A stretch of DNA of 64,000 nucleotides from Rhina ancylostomus (GCA_030265395.1 JARFYF010000112.1:58499142-58563141), one strand, 5' to 3'; positions 12,440 through 25,170 are shown, counted from the first letter of the stretch. Translations and numbers: made by a program. The notes: generated by a model not told the origin, from the sequence alone.

Positions 12440-12935
12440 ACTGTCAGGTCTTGAGAACTCCAGCTCATCCAGATGTTTGCAATGCATATCCTGGATTTCA
12501 TCTGCTCCATTCACCTATCACCTGTGCTTGCTAACTTACATTGTGTCCCATCCTGCAACATTCATCCTTGTTTATTTCTGTGCTTATAGACTTACAAAGG
12601 TCATGGAAGTGTACATCCCTCCAATTGTGGCTTATAGTCTATCTGAATTTTATTTCCTCAACTGTTGGTGTTTGTGTCTTCAGCTGCCCCACTGGAGTTC
12701 ACCTCCTTATGTTTTTTCTCCCTCCTCCCACTCCCTCTCTTTCCCTCCCTCTCCTTCCTCTCCTTCCCTCCCTCTCCTTCCCTCCCCCTCCACCTCCCCC
12801 TCCCCCTCTTGAATCTCTTTCAGAACTATTTCTGTGAGCTTTGGTGCCTTGGTTTCAAATTTTTTTTCTTTCACTCTCCCATGAAACATTTTGTGATGTT
12901 TTACTGCATTGAAAACACTATTTAAATGCTTTTTT
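12440..12935 (+). mobile_element. L2 LINE 3' portion, decayed
   Basis: ccattcacctatcacctgtgcttgctaacttacattg; L2-like terminus gatgttttactgcattgaaaacactatttaaatgc. Confidence 0.6.
12711..12811. repeat. Polypyrimidine (CT-rich) low-complexity tract
   Basis: About 100 bp almost entirely C/T. Confidence 0.9.
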
Positions 12936-14036
12936 TCAAATTATCATTTTTATTTCTCTGCCAGCGTGATTAGGAATGACAAATATGATCAATCTAAGTC
13001 AATTATTCACTTTTATTGACTTTTATACTTGTCCTAAAAGAATTGATTAGGAATTTGTCCACATAGACAAAGCAGAATAACTAATCATTCCCCATCAGTT
13101 ATGCCCTAATTACTTCGAATCCATTCCTAATGGCTGCCTTTTGTTCAGTAATCCTACTAAACCAGAAATAGCCAATTGTAAATCACTTCAGATGATTAAT
13201 TCTCAAGAGAACATCCCTATAAAGTGGACATTACATCCATCTGTGGTCTTTTTAAATGGCCAATATTGTATTGCACTCAAAGGCAAATTGTACAAGTTCC
13301 AGAATCTGGTTGCGCAAATCAATTATCTTTACAGGATTTTCCATTATAAACTAGGATTAAAGATTGCACACAGTGTCTCTGTATAAAACCTTACCCATCT
13401 TGTGTGCATTTGTGACAGTCACATTATCTATTGTATAGGAAAAATTGCCTCATATTTCCTCATGACCAAGTAATGATAGACATATAACATAATGTAGTGC
13501 TTGAATTATTTTTCTCAAGCTCTTCAATGGCCATTCAACCCAGCAGGTTACGTTCTACCCAACCTTCCTTCTGCCTTTCATCATTTGACCATATTAGTAT
13601 ATTCCTTCCATTCTCTGGATGCATATATATGAATCACCTCAACCATTCCATGAGTCAGGGAGTTTCACATTCTCACACTCTGCAAATGTTCATATATTTT
13701 AATTGCTGTACATATTATTTTAAACTATAATTCCTGATCATTTCATTAACATATATCAATTGCAACAAGCCAAAATACAGTGTGTTATTCAGTTGTCACA
13801 ATCGTATTATAATTTACTCTAACTCAGTAACTCCAAGTTAGGTATAGAAAGAAACACAATTCTTAGATTTAATTATGCAGCTGTGGATTCATGAACAATG
13901 ATCAGGATCACTGTTTAATGATTAATTTGCATATTCCTTTATGAAATTCTAAAATTGAGTGATTCCATCCATTTATCTTAAATTATAAATGGGTCGTCCT
14001 CAATCCAAACCTTTTAAGGAGATAAAAATAGTTGTT

Positions 14037-14210
14037 AGAACATAGAACAGTACAGCACAGGTACAGGCCCTTTGGCCCATGATGTCTGCGCTGAACACAA
14101 TGCCAATTTAAAATAAATTTCTTCTGCCTGTATGTGATCCATATCTCTCCATTCCCTACATATACATGTGTCTATCTGAAATCCTCTTAAACACCACTAC
14201 TGTATCTGCA
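14037..14210 (-). mobile_element. CR1 3' end
   Basis: agaacatagaacagtacagcacaggtacaggccctttggccc tail complement. Confidence 0.8.
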
Positions 14211-14849
14211 AGGAGCTTTCTCAAACTTTTACTGATTTTTATGAACATACTTTTGGAGCTGAAATTGTCTGATCACTGCTTAACGTAAATTAGTTGGGTT
14301 CTGTGCTTTGCAACATGTGTATTACTCATATTATATNNNNNNNNNNNNNNNNNNNNNNNNNNNNNNNNNNNNNNNNNNNNNNNNNNNNNNNNNNNNNNNN
14401 NNNNNNNNNNNNNNNNNNNNNNNNNNNNNNNNNNNNTATATGGAATAGACATCCATAAGTTCATGAAAAGTAGGTTCAGAGGACAATAAAGAGGGTTAGA
14501 TTGGGATCTGACTGAAGTAGTGCTGGAAGCTGAAAGTTTTGAGGAAATACCTGGCATAAATATACAGGCTCCACTGATACCTCCTGCATAAATATATGGG
14601 CTGGTGGTACAGGTCATTATCTGTCTGATGAAGTCTAAAAAGCCCCCAGGTCATCTTGTAGTGTGGACTCTGATGGTCCCTTACCTGAGTCTGACAAACT
14701 AGGTACCTCTCCAGCTGCCATGGGCCTATTTACTTTTCTAATGCACCCCTTATCACTACGAAGGGCTGCCTGATGGCATGACGTGTGAAATGTGATTTTT
14801 AGAGCCATTTGCCTCATTCATTACCAGCACCGCAGTGTTACTGCTGGTA

Positions 14850-15450
14850 TTGATCCTCTCAACATTTCTACTGATCTTTGTGAGAACAGGTCTATAGACA
14901 AATAATGAGATCTGTGAAACCAAAGCTTATGAGATCAACTGTATTTGATCTCCAAGCATGTAGAAGTCATTCAAGAGTGTATGTTTAGGATTAGAGCCCA
15001 AGGCATCCAATTATTCAGCATTCAGGAGAAATGCTCATCCTGTACTTATGACCTGCATATTTCAAGGATCCACTGTAGAATACACAGGAATTGTAATATT
15101 TGCCCTGATAAGCTGCATAGCTCATAACCATTTACCTAATATTTCCAAGAACTACAAAATGGTTTCTTGCTTTGCCTATGTTGCATGAATGCAAGTGATT
15201 AATGTAAATACTTGTGCTAAGAAAGCAGACACTGAGGTTCTGGGTACAACTGTTATCCATCACCCAGCTCTTGCTCCATAACCTCCTGCAGCTCTACAGT
15301 CTCCCTAACACTCAAAGGGTCAAATGAAAATGGATTTGTCTTTATAACAAGCTCCAAATAAAGATTCCAAAGTGGAATGCACAAACACTCCCACCATGAT
15401 GCAGAAGGATTAGCTCAAGCACAACTAACATTATTGAAGCTACATAGAAA
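14850..15450 (+). mobile_element. Possible second Harbinger transposase relic
   Basis: Weak: VEVIQECMFRIRA (compare GVIDCTHV.IRAP), ICPDKLHS (compare FPGS.HDS) and LGYNCYP (compare LGD.GYP). Confidence 0.25.
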
Positions 15451-15689
15451 TCATGATAACAATCAGTGCCTCGAATGCCAGAGTTACCACTTTGGATCTC
15501 CCACAGTTAAGCACACATCGATGGCATGAGGATTCCCTACCACTTGACTTAAAGGCATAGTTTGCCATGGGGTGTGCATGAGTGGCTAGCAGCAGGGCAA
15601 GTGTGTGAGGTTAAGATGAGGCCTTTGAATATTGTGTGTGGTTAGTGATTGCTTGTTTTTCAATGAGCACTTTTTCAGTTCTGAGAGGT

Positions 15690-16200
15690 TTCATTGCTGT
15701 GGGTAAAGAAAGCGCCTTTCGTGAACTGTTTTGGAATCTCATCTGGTACACTGGGTACCTGGTATTAAGTTCAGGGATATCTCAACTTGGCTGAAAATAT
15801 ATTGGAAAGAAAGAACTAGAATCCAATCTGGTGTCCATATGAGAAGCAAAAGTAAAATGGTCAAGAGTTCCTCTTTGGAAATTACCAGCTGTCAGCAGCT
15901 AAATGAAAGATTTAAAGATTCGAAGATAACAATGCCCATATTTGAAGCAGTTGCAAACTGAGTCAGAAGCAAACAACTTAGAATGGTATGGGGGCAAATG
16001 GAGTTGTATTTTTGGGGACTTTGGCATTAGTTCTGACATGGGAAGGAATTATAATATTAAGATGGGGTTGCCCAAAATGGCAGAACCAGTGTTTTGAAAA
16101 GAAGGATAAACATAGTGGCCAGCAGGATTTTAGACTAAATAGGAGGAGGTCTTGGGGGGAAATGATAGTGTGAATAATTCTAAAACAAACAAAGTGGATA
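15690..16200 (+). mobile_element. CR1 ORF1 (SGNH esterase-like) relic
   Basis: SHLVHWVPGIKFRDIS..GVHM resembles CR1 ORF1 SRMVCCLPGARV.DIS..VVVHIG. Confidence 0.55.
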
Positions 16201-16459
16201 GGAATAGGCCAAAAGTTACCAATTATAGTTTAGATACTGCAGAAGGATTAGCTCATGCGTAATAAAGGATATTGGCATTTGATAGTGTGAAAATTCTACT
16301 ATAGTTGCACTATTATTCCACACTATTTTTCAAAATAAGGAGAACCAGACTGATAATTCATATCAGTTCCACAGGCTACTTACAACATATTTTATTTTAA
16401 CCAAACATGTATCAACAAATACTGCAATAAAAGTCTGATAAGTCAATTGCACACTTGCC

Positions 16460-16775
16460 TAAATCAGAAGTTCAGAGTTGCTCCCACCCCATAGAATTGA
16501 GTACAAAAGCTAGGCTGACGTTCTGGCCTGTACTCCATACAGGTGTATGGTGCTGCACTATGGAATGAGATTAATTGCTAAAAACAAGTTCTGGTCTATT
16601 ATCTCAATTGAAGCTAAAATATCCGATAGCATTAATCTGTCCCTTGTCCTGGACAACATTTGTCCCTCAAGTAATAACAGAAATACAGATTACTTGGTTA
16701 ATATCACATTGCTTCTCTGTGTGCCCCAAATGGTTGTCCTACACTACATCAATGACATCTTTGGAACAGCTTAAA
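16460..16775 (+). mobile_element. DeuSINE, decayed
   Basis: ctaggctgac, gtgctgcact, tgtcctggacaacatttgtccctcaa..acagattacttggtt..atcacattgct. Confidence 0.65.
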
Positions 16776-16869
16776 AGGCATGGGAATGGCATTATGTTGG
16801 GTTTAACCTCTGTCAGAATAAGTTATTACCAGTTGGTTGGCATGTTTGAAACCTTTTTGCAACAGACAC

Positions 16870-17217
16870 TCAAAGCATCTAGACAAGCACTTGAATTGCT
16901 AAGATACAGAAGACTATGGACCTAATGCAAGTAAATGGGATTGGTATAGATGGGGCAACAAAGAAAATGCTGAAGGAGCCCTGTGGGTCAGGCAGCACCT
17001 ATCCAGATGAAGGGTCTTGACTCCAAATGTTGACAGTCCTTTTCCCTCCACAGGTGCTGCCTGACCCACTGAGCTCCTCCACCATCTTCTTTGTTGTTCC
17101 AGATTCCAGCATCTGTGGTCTCTTGTGTCTGCATTTTGGTAGAGATGGGTGCTGTTGGATGTGGATGTGGTAGGCTGAAAGGCCTGTTTCTGTACTGTAT
17201 GACTATGAATCTATGAC
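16870..17217 (+). mobile_element. CR1 3' end, split by a Penelope hairpin
   Basis: tatggacctaatgcaagtaaatgggatt ... ggctgaaaggcctgtttctgtactgtatgactatg. Confidence 0.7.
16955..17135 (+). mobile_element. Non-autonomous Penelope-derived hairpin element with TSD
   Basis: About 45-bp inverted arms; TSD ttggtatagatggg (16941-16954) / ttggtagagatggg (17136-17149). Confidence 0.8.
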
Positions 17218-17744
17218 ACCACCCAAACTTTATGAAAACATATTGCCATTAAAAGCTATGTCATTTGAACAAAGTACTCCTATGGGACTCGCCATCGAGA
17301 AAACTACTTAGATTGGGTACAGTGGACTTCTTGTTTGCATTGTCTGCCTCTGATGCTTTGAACAAAGTTACAATAAATCAGGGAATCAATATAAGTTTCC
17401 ATTGAAGTAACTGGAAGTGCACAAAGATTTTCTGGTAAAGTTACCTACAAGGGCACATAGGTAACTTCCCTGGCTTTTAATAGGTTCTATAAAGCAGCTC
17501 TTGACTTTTTGAGTGAGATCTAATGGACAGTGAAGTTGTATTGGATTATGTGGAGTTGGCGGGTGTGCAGCAAGCATCTGACCTGAGTTGGAAATGCAGC
17601 ACATGTCCAAGGAAACATGCAGAGGGCTGCATGTGGTCTGTGACCTGTGGGCTACATTGTTGGAAAGCCAGAATTTATTGCTCATTCTAAATTGCAATGT
17701 GAAGCTGTGTCAGGGGTAACAAAGACATCCACATAACTGTAGTA

Positions 17745-17850
17745 AATAATAAAAAAAAGAGAATGCTGAAAATATTCAACAGGTTGGGCAGCATCTTTGG
17801 AGAGAGAAAGAGGGTCAACCTTTCAGTTAATGACCTTTCCTTCCAACTGA
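17745..17850 (-). mobile_element. Penelope terminal-repeat fragment
   Basis: aatgctgaaaatattcaacaggttgggcagcatctttggagagag, same family as 1441 and 12060. Confidence 0.65.
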
Positions 17851-18139
17851 TCTACGTTACTATGCATCTAATCTAAATGGAATTGGAGTAGATAAAGGAT
17901 GGGCTATTACAACAAATATGCCTCATGGTCAGCTTTACTGATACTACATTTTCCACTTCCTTAACTAATTCTGTTGATTTAAATCCACCAATTTCAATGG
18001 TGAGATGCTAATTGATATCTTTAGGTCATTAGCCTTGTCCATTGGATTATGATTCCAGCACGTCAAACAGTTATCAGGCTGTGGCTCAACAAATAAACTC
18101 TGACCACCATACCTTAAAAAATACCTCCATTTTTTAAAA

Positions 18140-18590
18140 AAAAGTGCAGTTTATGTTTACCAGAATGATATCTGAAATCTAGCTGTTAAATCATAAATGG
18201 ATATTATGAAAACAAGGATTGTCTCTGTAATTTAGGAAATTAATACATTTAAATTATCCAGATGTTACAGGTATTTTGGAGTAGATTGAAAAACTCTTTT
18301 TGATGTTTGGGCCATCTTCTAGGAAACATAATTTTAAAATTACAGACATTAGAAAATACTTCTACACCCAGTGGATGGTAGGAATTTGGAATTCTTTTTT
18401 TGCAAATAACAATTGATATAAGGTTAGTTGTTATTTTTAAATCTGGGACTGATGGGATTTTGATAGACAAAGGAATTTAGGAATATGAAGAAAAGGCAAG
18501 TTTATTGATTTAGGTCACAGATCACCAATTAAGTCATCACATGGTAAACAGTTTCAAGTGGCTGACTGTCATACTCCAGTTCCTATATTT
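18140..18590 (+). mobile_element. Old CR1 3' portion
   Basis: tttaccagaatgata; ttctacacccagtggatggtaggaatttggaattc; terminal ctccagttcctat. Confidence 0.6.
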
Positions 18591-18924
18591 TTATGATAGA
18601 AGTTGTCTGTGAGTGACTGAGAGCTGGTTAGGTTGAACTGTACAGAGGCTGTGGTACAGTTAACAGGATAAGGAATTTCAAGACACATTCACTGACATCC
18701 ACAATCCATTAACCTCCTGGTGTTGCATTCAGGTCCTTGGGGCTGCAACACTGGCATTGACCTTGCAGTTATACGTCATCATCATTTTTGAATGGCTTCG
18801 TGACGCGTTTTTCTCCCTTCCATGTCCATCTCCAATGCAGGTTGTACAAGCTATGTGCCTGCTCTCTCCCAAAGTGCTTCATTTTATTAGATGCAGGCTA
18901 GCTTTCAGTTTCTAATGACATTGA

Positions 18925-19080
18925 CCAACAAACAATCTGCCGGAGTAACTCAGCGAGTCGAGCAGCATCTGTGGCGGGGGTAGGGGGGTGGGGGGAGATG
19001 AGATTGACAACATTTCAGGTCAAAATCCTGTGTCAAGACTTGTTTCTCCAGATTCCAGCATCTGCAGCCTCTTGTGTCTG
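18925..19080. mobile_element. Non-autonomous Penelope-derived element with TSD
   Basis: Same right end as 16955-17135 (ccagattccagcatctg..ctcttgtgtctg); TSD taatgacattga (18913-18924) / taatgatgttga (19081-19092). Confidence 0.75.
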
Positions 19081-20204
19081 TAATGATGTTGAGCCCCTTC
19101 TAGCTATGTGCAACTAATGAATTGCGTGGGGAGCACTGGCTGCACAGAGTGCTGAAATCTCTGTAATTAGCAATTACTGTGTGGAATGCATTGCAATTCC
19201 TGGGCTAATTTTCTTTTGTTACCTAATTTATAGTACCCTGTTCCCCTGATTTGAAGTCTGTGCATTCCTCTTCCCCTCATGCCCTACTCTGGGATGGTGA
19301 ATCTCAGTTAGAGTGGTTTGCTAGGTTAATTGACAAGGGATTATTTTATCAATACTGTGTCTTGCGTGGCAGTAGTGACAGTGCTTTCATTGTAGTTTGT
19401 CTCTTGAACAAGCAGATTTTTTAGTTCCTCCATATAACCTTCCAGGTTCTGAGGTGCTCAGGAGATAGCACTGATTCTTGGTGTCAGTTCCTTGTCAGCT
19501 GGACTGGGAAGAGGGGCTCACACACCAACTCTACCATTAACAATCATTTTGCTCCTTCCTGCAGTGTCTCTGATCATTGAACCTGTCCATGCTTTTCATT
19601 GTATCTTTTTGTGGAACATTGCACAGAAAACAACGACCTGCAATTCTCTGTGCTATTACATTGGCTTGAATGACTGCACATTGCTGTTAACAAAGTTATG
19701 TTGATTGAACCTGCAGGCACCGTAGGAAACATTGCATTACAATTCCCAAAGCCAGTAAAATCATGGTTAATGACTGTTGCATTAATACGTGCAGTACTTA
19801 AGTAATGGCCAATCCTCTTGTGGTGCTTAAACAACATTTTCTGGATGACTGTTTAGTGTCAAAAGGGCTTAATCTAAGTAGCTGTGCCAGTGCTCTGCAG
19901 CTTCAATCTCTATTAAAAGTAACAATTGATATTATAGTGTAAGATTAGGCTAAACAGTTGCTACTGATATAAACTATCGTCCGAATTTTTACAGCAAACT
20001 CTTTTGTCTACCGAGATTACTTACAAGCTCAAAAAAAATACTTACCTGGTTGAACTATTCTAGGTTTTAGCTTGCAAAAAGATTGGATAAAGTTCCCAGA
20101 GCCATTAATTTCTGCAATTGTTTACAACCTGGTGTTTCCCCTTGGTCAGTTTCCTACAGATGAAACTCCATAACGGAAAATATCCCACACTCTGACGCAA
20201 TTAT

Positions 20205-20390
20205 TCCCAGCACCTTGGCCAATATTTACTTCCCAACCCAGATCATCAAAACAGCTAATAACCAAGTAAACTTATTGTTATTTGTGGGAGGATGATGGTT
20301 GCTACATTTCCTGCATTACCACAGTGATTAATAAGTATTTTCTTATCTGTGAAATACTGGAGAAATCATGACATAAATGCAAGTCTGTAT
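20205..20390 (+). mobile_element. DeuSINE Deu-domain plus tail fragment
   Basis: ttggccaatatttacttccc..tttgtggga..tttcctgcattaccacagtga..ataaatgcaagt. Confidence 0.6.
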
Positions 20391-20502
20391 TTTGTAATAG
20401 AATTATTATTTGAGGAAATGTGAGCTAGGGCTGTAACTAAAATAGTCAGCTCAATTTTCATATTGAGTGATAAACCACATATATTTGAGGCTACTGAAGT
20501 AA

Positions 20503-21310
20503 AAAAATAATTGCAGATGCTGGAGATCCAAAATATAAAACAAAAAATAACAGGGAAGCTCTTTGCAGAGGATGCAGCATAAGTGGGGAGAGAAAGAGTT
20601 GAAGTTTCAGGTCAAAGGCCTTTCCTCAGAGCTAAAAGTAAGCATGATTTAAGTTGCAAAGAGGGAATTGGAGACAATTGGTGGAGAGGACAGTGGAAAT
20701 AATCAGCGAGACAGTGCAAACTGAAGTTGTCAAGGTGATAATTACTTAAAGAACTGGCAGTTNNNNNNNNNNNNNNNNNNNNNNNNNNNNNNNNNNNNNN
20801 NNNNNNNNNNNNNNNNNNNNNNNNNNNNNNNNNNNNNNNNNNNNNNNNNNNNNNNNNNNNNNATAATTACTTAAAGAACTGGCAGTTAGAGGTGGAAGAG
20901 TGGGAAACAATATAATTTGAGATAGTAAGGAACCCCCACATCTGTGGAGAGAGACCAGAAGGGTGGTTACCTGAAATTCGATATTGAGTCTTAGGAGCAG
21001 CATGTTTCCAATCAAAAGATGAGGTGCTGTTTCTTGGTGCTTCCTTTGGGCATCTGAACAATGTAGAAGGCCTAATTCAGAGAGAGAATTGACCGGAAAT
21101 TGATTCGTGGGGGTTTGGAGTAATTGAGGCTTGGTGATTGTGAGATTGGCAAATTGAGCATGTGGGGTTTTGCAAGAGTCGTGGATTTGGGGAGGGAGAG
21201 GGGAGTTGGGGATTGTTACCATGTGGGTGTTGTGCAAGTGGTTGGAAACTTGAGGGAAAGAAGATAAACAAATTAGTGGAGGTGAGCCTGAGTTAGATCT
21301 CCACATCATT
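20503..21310 (-). mobile_element. Penelope-like element 3' part, decayed
   Basis: Terminal repeat ttgcagatgctggagatcc; GIY-YIG C-terminal relic (gatgaggtgctgttt is the complement of KQHLI; LNIEF). Confidence 0.7.
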
Positions 21311-21989
21311 CTGAGGGAGGATCAGGGAGGTGTCTTTTGACTTAGAAATGCCATGAAAATTTAATAATGCTGAGAATGCCCATCAATGGTTATGCTTTGG
21401 GTAACTCATTGCACAGTGCATGATGTCATTAGGGTGTATGAGACAGAAATTTGTACAGACATGATTTGCAACTGGAAAAAAGCCAGATTAGTTTCTCCAG
21501 TAGTTCAGTCTAATCAGAAGCCACTGTTGTCAAGTTCAATTCTGGCTGGAAAAATAATTTTCATAAATGTGACTAGAAAAATAAAGTGCAAAGGGATTGG
21601 GTTTCCAGTAAGAATGTTTCCACTTCTGCACAGGCTTATCATTCATGAATGTAATAGAGGATCCTTTCAATGGATTTTAAAAAAATATTCTTAAACACTG
21701 CCAATGTTTGTTGGTTTATGTTATATTTTTGTTCATAGCTGATCCAGGACTCTGTTAGTGTTAGCTTCGATAAGAAGTCCACTGTTGGAAAGAGGGTCAA
21801 ATGTAACTGATTTGGTCACCAGGGGCTTAAGCTCAATAATATTTGCTTTTAATTAATGTGTTATGATGAGACATAATTACGTGAGAAGTCATGTTACATA
21901 GTTATGCATTAAATGATGCAATCATGAGGTTGGTAGCAATCTGAAATCCTTTAACCATCTTGGAAAATAGAGATGAACAAATAACCCAA

Positions 21990-22290
21990 GGCATGGAGCA
22001 GATTTAGCCCTTTGTGGTCCCTTGAATCTGCTTCTTTGTTCAATAAGATCATGACTGATCTGATCTTGACCTCAGCTCCACTTTCCTGTCAGTTTCCCAT
22101 TACCCAGGTCTCCCCTATTGTCCAAAAATCTACCTCAAACATATTCACATTTGGAATTGCAAACATTCGCAACTCTCTAGGAGAAGAAACTCCCCCTCAT
22201 CGCCATCAGGCAGGTGATCCCTTATAATGAAACCAAGCCCCCTTGTTATAGATTCCCCCAAAGTGGGGAAAAAGATCTTCTCAGCATCTC
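21990..22290 (-). mobile_element. Old CR1 3' end
   Basis: ttcaataagatcatgactgatctgatcttgacctcagctccactttcctg. Confidence 0.7.
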
Positions 22291-23859
22291 AAGTAAGCCT
22301 GACATCATTATTTTGTAATCTAACCACCTATGTGAACTGATGATGTGATATTACACAGGTGAACACATTAATAACTCATGTACAATGAAACTATCACTTC
22401 ATTAATGCCAGACATAAAATTTCACAACTGGAGTCATAATTGGTGCACACACTACACATTAATGGGAACACATTTGCAAAAGACAGTAGGTTCAGTCACT
22501 TCGTCCCACGTCTTGCTCATCTTAGTCATTTTTTTATCAACTCCATTTTGATGTTAAAAAATCTCACAGATGTTACTATAATTCAAATGATATGTTTAGC
22601 TAAAATGGTGCCTCAAGAAGATCTGAATAAGCTTGTGGCATTTGAAAACTCACAATAACAAAATTGTGGGTTTGGCAATCAGGATGTCAGAAAAAACAGA
22701 ATTTGCATTTGTGATCCATGAACCGGTGGGTTTCAAAACAAAAATGCAAGTTGTCCATTTTTTTTCCCAGCACTCACTGGATATGGAGCATTAAAGTCCA
22801 GGTGGATTCTGAGAAATCTGGACATGCGTATTTTTGTAGAATTAGTTTTTAAAGATTAAAAGAAACGCACAAAAATCAGTAGCTTTAATCCTGAGATGCC
22901 GTACAATGGTACTAATCAGCGCCATCCTCTAATCTCATTCTCTGCCCAACCTTTATTAGTCATGGCCTAGCCTCCCCACCCTGCTCCCACCAATTACCCT
23001 CAGTGCTGACTTCTGATCACCCTGACCCCAACCCACACTTCTATCCTTCTAATCTCCAAGATACTGCCTGACAGCCGGCTCCCTAAATTTCCTCACTCAC
23101 ACTTGATCTCTGATTTCTTCCACTTAGTACCCCCCACACCTGTCCCCATAGCAAGACACATCTCTATCCAGTCCCATAGCAAACCTGCAGACACCCATCT
23201 CCCAGCACCCCAACTTATGCCCTGATTCTGCCACTCTGCCTTGTCACATATCCCTCAGACCTTTCCACAGACTCGTGCAACAGTGAGGGAAGTGGGCAAT
23301 ATTTGTTTAGGTTGGCTCCCTCAGAAGCACCCTAAAAGATGTAGAAGGTCTTGGATAATGATGAGAACCCTGACACATCATTGCCTTGACCGAAATTTTT
23401 CTCTAATGGGTCTTGAGTCGTAGAGTTACACACCACAGAAATAGGCCGTTTGGCCCATTGAATCCATGCTTAATAATCAGCAAAAATACAGGTATCGTCT
23501 ATCACCTTAAGCAGTGCATGAGCAGATGTGTTTCCTACTATTAGGGCCTCCTTTCCAGTTTGTCATTATGCTGTTCCTGTGGTATGTGCCTGTAGTCCAA
23601 TCTTGCAACCACAATGCCAAATATACATTACGTGACAAGTGATGTCACTGTTGTATATGCTTTGTCTTTTATCCACAGCTGAAATGCCCCAATGATCATA
23701 TGATTCAATGTTGCATTATGCATTGTGTGTGCTATGCTTACATTAAGTGAAAGATTCTGAAGCACAATTCAATTGCATGGGGCATTAAAAACAAATCCAC
23801 CACATGATTGAATTGTTAAGCCTTGTTGTCAGGTTGATGTAGAAACCATGGCATTGATC

Positions 23860-25170
23860 TAACTGAAACAATTTCATGTTATTTTCCATCCAGGGTGCTG
23901 CATCTTTCATTGCCTTTCACTTGGTCAACAGCTTTCATTTGATATATATTGTACGTCCAAACTAAGCCCCACACAATTTACTTCCAGGGTTTTTTCGCTG
24001 TTTCATCAATTGAACTGCAGTGTTCAAAGGGAAGAATCAACTGCGAAGAAGTTAGTTGCTGGTTGATTTTGTTCAACTATTGCTATTTCTCTGCGAGTGT
24101 TTGGCACTTTTATGTAGTTGTTTCATGCTGCAGAGTCTACTTGTGCAGTAGGTACTGAAGGGCATTTTGCTGATATTGATAAATCTGCTGAGGTCAGTTG
24201 CCCAAGACGGGATTGTTAGTAGGTATTCTCGTGGGAATACAGNNNNNNNNNNNNNNNNNNNNNNNNNNNNNNNNNNNNNNNNNNNNNNNNNNNNNNNNNN
24301 NNNNNNNNNNNNNNNNNNNNNNNNNNNNNNNNNNNNNNNNNNNNNNNNNNNNNNNNNNNNNNNNNNNNNNNNNNNNNNNNNNNNNNNNNNNNNNNNNNNN
24401 NNNNNNNNNNNNNNNNNNNNNNNNNNNNNNNNNNNNNNNNNNNNNNNNNNNNNNNNNNNNNNNNNNNNNNNNNNNNNNNNNNNNNNNNNNNNNNNNNNNN
24501 NNNNNNNNNNNNNNNNNNNNNNNNNNNNNNNNNNNNNNNNNNNNNNNNNNNNNNNNNNNNNNNNNNNNNNNNNNNNNNNNNNNNNNNNNNNNNNNNNNNN
24601 NNNNNNNNNNNNNNNNNNNNNNNNNNNNNNNNNNNNNNNNNNNNNNNNNNNNNNNNNNNNNNNNNNNNNNNNNNNNNNNNNNNNNNNNNNNNNNNNNNNN
24701 NNNNNNNNNNNNNNNNNNNNNNNNNNNNNNNNNNNNNNNNNNNNNNNNNNNNNNNNNNNNNNNNNNNNNNNNNNNNNNNNNNNNNNNNNNNNNNNNNNNN
24801 NNNNNNNNNNNNNNNNNNNNNNNNNNNNNNNNNNNNNNNNNNNNNNNNNNNNNNNNNNNNNNNNNNNNNNNNNNNNNNNNNNNNNNNNNNNNNNNNNNNN
24901 NNNNNNNNNNNNNNNNNNNNNNNNNNNNNNNNNNNNNNNNNNNNNNNNNNNNNNNNNNNNNNNNNNNNNGTGCAGGGACTAAAATAGTGACAAAAATGAA
25001 GTTTTTTTTGTATTCTCATCTGGGGAGGTGGAGGATATGGTTTGTCATTTAATTTCTGGCTTCTTATGAGAATCCTCTGAGCTGATGTTGTCCACTCTGC
25101 TGTCCAAGCTGCTGTGATTCTTCTTATGTTTCTTACATTTGGTTGTTCCTTGATGATTCCTCTGAGCTAA
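23860..25170 (-). mobile_element. Possible Gypsy integrase relic spanning a large gap (tentative)
   Basis: Minus-strand VRNIRRI..AA and RIPT..P weakly recall the end of the integrase core. Confidence 0.2.

Noticed and set aside
12477-12889. Pro/Ser-rich and Glu/Gly-rich ORFs
   Set aside because: Translation of the CT low-complexity tract.
24167-25052. Long ORFs of 267-284 aa (and those at 44648-45275)
   Set aside because: Almost entirely N-gap translated as X.
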